Positions 62,237-64,000 of a stretch of 64,000 nucleotides of DNA are shown here, piece after piece. The stretch comes from Candidatus Gastranaerophilales bacterium. Lineage in GTDB: Bacteria; Cyanobacteriota; Vampirovibrionia; Gastranaerophilales; Gastranaerophilaceae. The notes under the pieces are model-generated. The model worked only from the letters and a program-made list of their open reading frames with translations. It searched no databases and had not been told where the DNA came from. Within the stretch, counting starts at the first letter, position 1. Every line of letters starts with the position of its first letter. The translations under genes were made by a program, and so were the position numbers. Location: positions 1,353 to 65,352 of the forward strand of contig JAFTSM010000065.1 in NCBI GenBank assembly GCA_017467305.1, read 5' to 3'.

Positions 62237-62267
62237 AGAGGAAGCATTCGCTTCCTCTTTTTTTTTA
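62237..62267. terminator. bidirectional intrinsic terminator
   Basis: AGAGGAAGC-attc-GCTTCCTCT with A7 before it and T9 after it. Confidence 0.75.
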
Positions 62268-63833
62268 TTCCATTTCATTAACCATTTGGGCAATTATTGG
62301 ATTATAATTTATTTCTGTTGCTGGATTAATTCCATTTACATAATTTTTGATTTGAGCAGTTGTTAACCCTGGATTTGCATCTAAATAACTAGTTATATTT
62401 TGTGGTGCATTATTTGATTTTAATAAATTATTTAATTGCGTAGTTGCAGATACATCTCCATTTATAAACTCATTTAATTTTGCTACTGATGTTGGTGCGT
62501 TTGATTTAAATGTAAGAGTATTATTATTGTAAGTTACACTACCATTATTGTGTTTAATCATTTGTTTGTATTTGAATGAATTAATTTGTTCTGGTGTAAC
62601 ATTTTCATATACTGTTGTTTTTGTTAATGTTGGATTTGTATTTGTTGTCATTGTATATGTTCCATCAGCACATTTTGTAACTACTTGCCCATTTTTAAGT
62701 GTAACTGATTGATTTGTTTGTAAATTTTTGATTGATGTTAAATCTCCACTTTGAAAATCTTTCGTATATTGTCTAAAATCTTTTGGTCTTAAATTTTCTA
62801 CTGTGTTAGTACTACCTTTTGTAGACTCCCAAGTTGTTGTTTTTGTCTTTACTTTTTGAAGTGAATATGAAATATCATCACCAACTTGACTTAAATTATA
62901 TGTTTTATCGCCAACAGTTAATTTACCACCATTATTCAATGCTTCTTGAACTTGTTTTGCTGTAATTTTACTGTTTTTTGTACTTAATGAGTTTGCTATT
63001 TGTTCAGCGTTTCCAGTACCAGTTTTGCCTGTTAACTTATCTGCAGTTTTCGTTGCTTGTTGCTTTATTGCTTTTGCAGTGCTAATTGCATTTTCTGCAG
63101 TTCCTTTTGCACCTTGTTTTATAACAGCTTTTGTTCCACTCAATGCCTTACTTAAACTTGTTGCACCGCTAGCTGAAGCAACACCATTGCTCCACGCATT
63201 GCCATAGTAGTTTCTAAATGAATTTCCAACCTTTGATGCAATTTCTGCTCTACCTGCAGATGTTGTTGCATTATTTAACATAGCTTTTGTACTTGCAAAT
63301 CCTGTTTGTTGTGCAATAGCACCAGCAGAACCTTTTAAACCAGCAACTGATAAACCAGTGGCAAGTGTCGTGCCACCCAATGATTCAAATGCTTGTTTTG
63401 CTTCTGCATCTGTTGTTGCTGTTGCTGCATTGTACATACTTTTAATCATTCCTGCTCCACCTTTTACAGCGCCAACAGCACATAATCCTGCAGCTATATA
63501 TGGACCAGCAATAGGAATAAAGCAAGCACCAATTGTTACTGCACTTTTTAAGGTGTTTTTAAGAGAAAAATTCCCATTTTCATCGAAAAACATTCCTTTT
63601 ATACCATTTCCAATGCCTTTTATAGCACCTTCTACTGCGTTTCCTACTGCACTAAAAAATCCGATTTTACCATCATCTTTTCCGTCTGTACATTTGTTGC
63701 TTGATAATGATACTGAATCGTTTTCATATGTTAAACTTACTGGATTTGTTGCTCCAGTTTGTTGCATTGCGTTTTGTACGTTTAAGTATGTTTGATAATC
63801 GGCAGCTGTAATGCCGTTTAATGAATTAACCAT
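62265..63833 (-). CDS. hypothetical Gly/Ala/Thr-rich protein with glycine-zipper-like hydrophobic region
   Basis: The start is moved to the ATG at 63833 behind GGGAGG. GFFSAVGNAVEGAIKGIGNGIKG...IGACFIPIAGPYIAAGLCAVGAVKGGAG. No signal peptide and no recognised domain. Confidence 0.55.
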   Translation of the reverse strand: MVNSLNGITAADYQTYLNVQNAMQQTGATNPVSLTYENDSVSLSSNKCTDGKDDGKIGFFSAVGNAVEGAIKGIGNGIKGMFFDENGNFSLKNTLKSAVTIGACFIPIAGPYIAAGLCAVGAVKGGAGMIKSMYNAATATTDAEAKQAFESLGGTTLATGLSVAGLKGSAGAIAQQTGFASTKAMLNNATTSAGRAEIASKVGNSFRNYYGNAWSNGVASASGATSLSKALSGTKAVIKQGAKGTAENAISTAKAIKQQATKTADKLTGKTGTGNAEQIANSLSTKNSKITAKQVQEALNNGGKLTVGDKTYNLSQVGDDISYSLQKVKTKTTTWESTKGSTNTVENLRPKDFRQYTKDFQSGDLTSIKNLQTNQSVTLKNGQVVTKCADGTYTMTTNTNPTLTKTTVYENVTPEQINSFKYKQMIKHNNGSVTYNNNTLTFKSNAPTSVAKLNEFINGDVSATTQLNNLLKSNNAPQNITSYLDANPGLTTAQIKNYVNGINPATEINYNPIIAQMVNEME

Positions 63834-63928
63834 TAATATCCTCCCATTTTTTCCCCATATTCTTATCAAAAAAATTTTATGAGATAAATTTACTTTTTTT
63901 AAAAATAATGTTAAGAAATATTAAAAAG

Positions 63929-63950
63929 CAGACATTATGTCTGTTTTTTT
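63929..63950. terminator. hairpin plus T-run (terminator candidate for a gene outside the window)
   Basis: CAGAC-attat-GTCTG followed by T7, with an A-run before it. Confidence 0.35.
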
Positions 63951-64000
63951 GTTTTCAATGAAATGAAAATAAACCACCTACTATGCAGGTGAGTTCCCTG

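Overview
This is a visibly AT-rich bacterial chromosome segment (GC not computed). Housekeeping genes are interleaved with accessory material. All calls are by-eye reading of the sequence and ORF translations; no database search was run. On the left flank I recognise a ROK glucokinase, hpf, leuD, cysE, a split chromate transporter, an NCS2 purine permease, an ABC solute-binding protein, rpiB, a LuxR-type response regulator, a GT2 glycosyltransferase and tRNA-Ser(UGA). On the right flank I recognise a GH13 enzyme, a CHASE2-GGDEF cyclase, an SLH-domain envelope protein, YebC, a TPR protein and a glutaredoxin. The SLH and CHASE2 content plus the AT-richness hint weakly at a Melainabacteria-like or other diderm gut anaerobe (low confidence). 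The main finding is at 22.6-46.1 kb: a 23.5-kb block made almost entirely of 21 paralogous radical-SAM genes. They fall into 14 'clade A' copies, 6 'clade B' copies whose SPASM/twitch-like Cys motif sits N-terminal to the CX3CX2C core, and one B copy broken by a single in-frame TAA. They lie on alternating strands with tiny or overlapping junctions. There is no room for precursor peptides, no transporter, and only one other gene, a ketopantoate-reductase-like oxidoreductase. The second theme is near-perfect sigma28 (FliA)-type promoters in front of signal-peptide-less, very acidic, repeat-rich proteins. These carry eukaryote-like modules: an EF-hand plus C39-like peptidase in one, and annexin-like repeats in another. 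Around them are other orphan proteins, including an HExxH protein with a (TTAS)13 tract, a serpin-signature lipoprotein and a LysM protein. Several of these share a short N-terminal motif. No CRISPR array, transposase, integrase or rRNA was seen.
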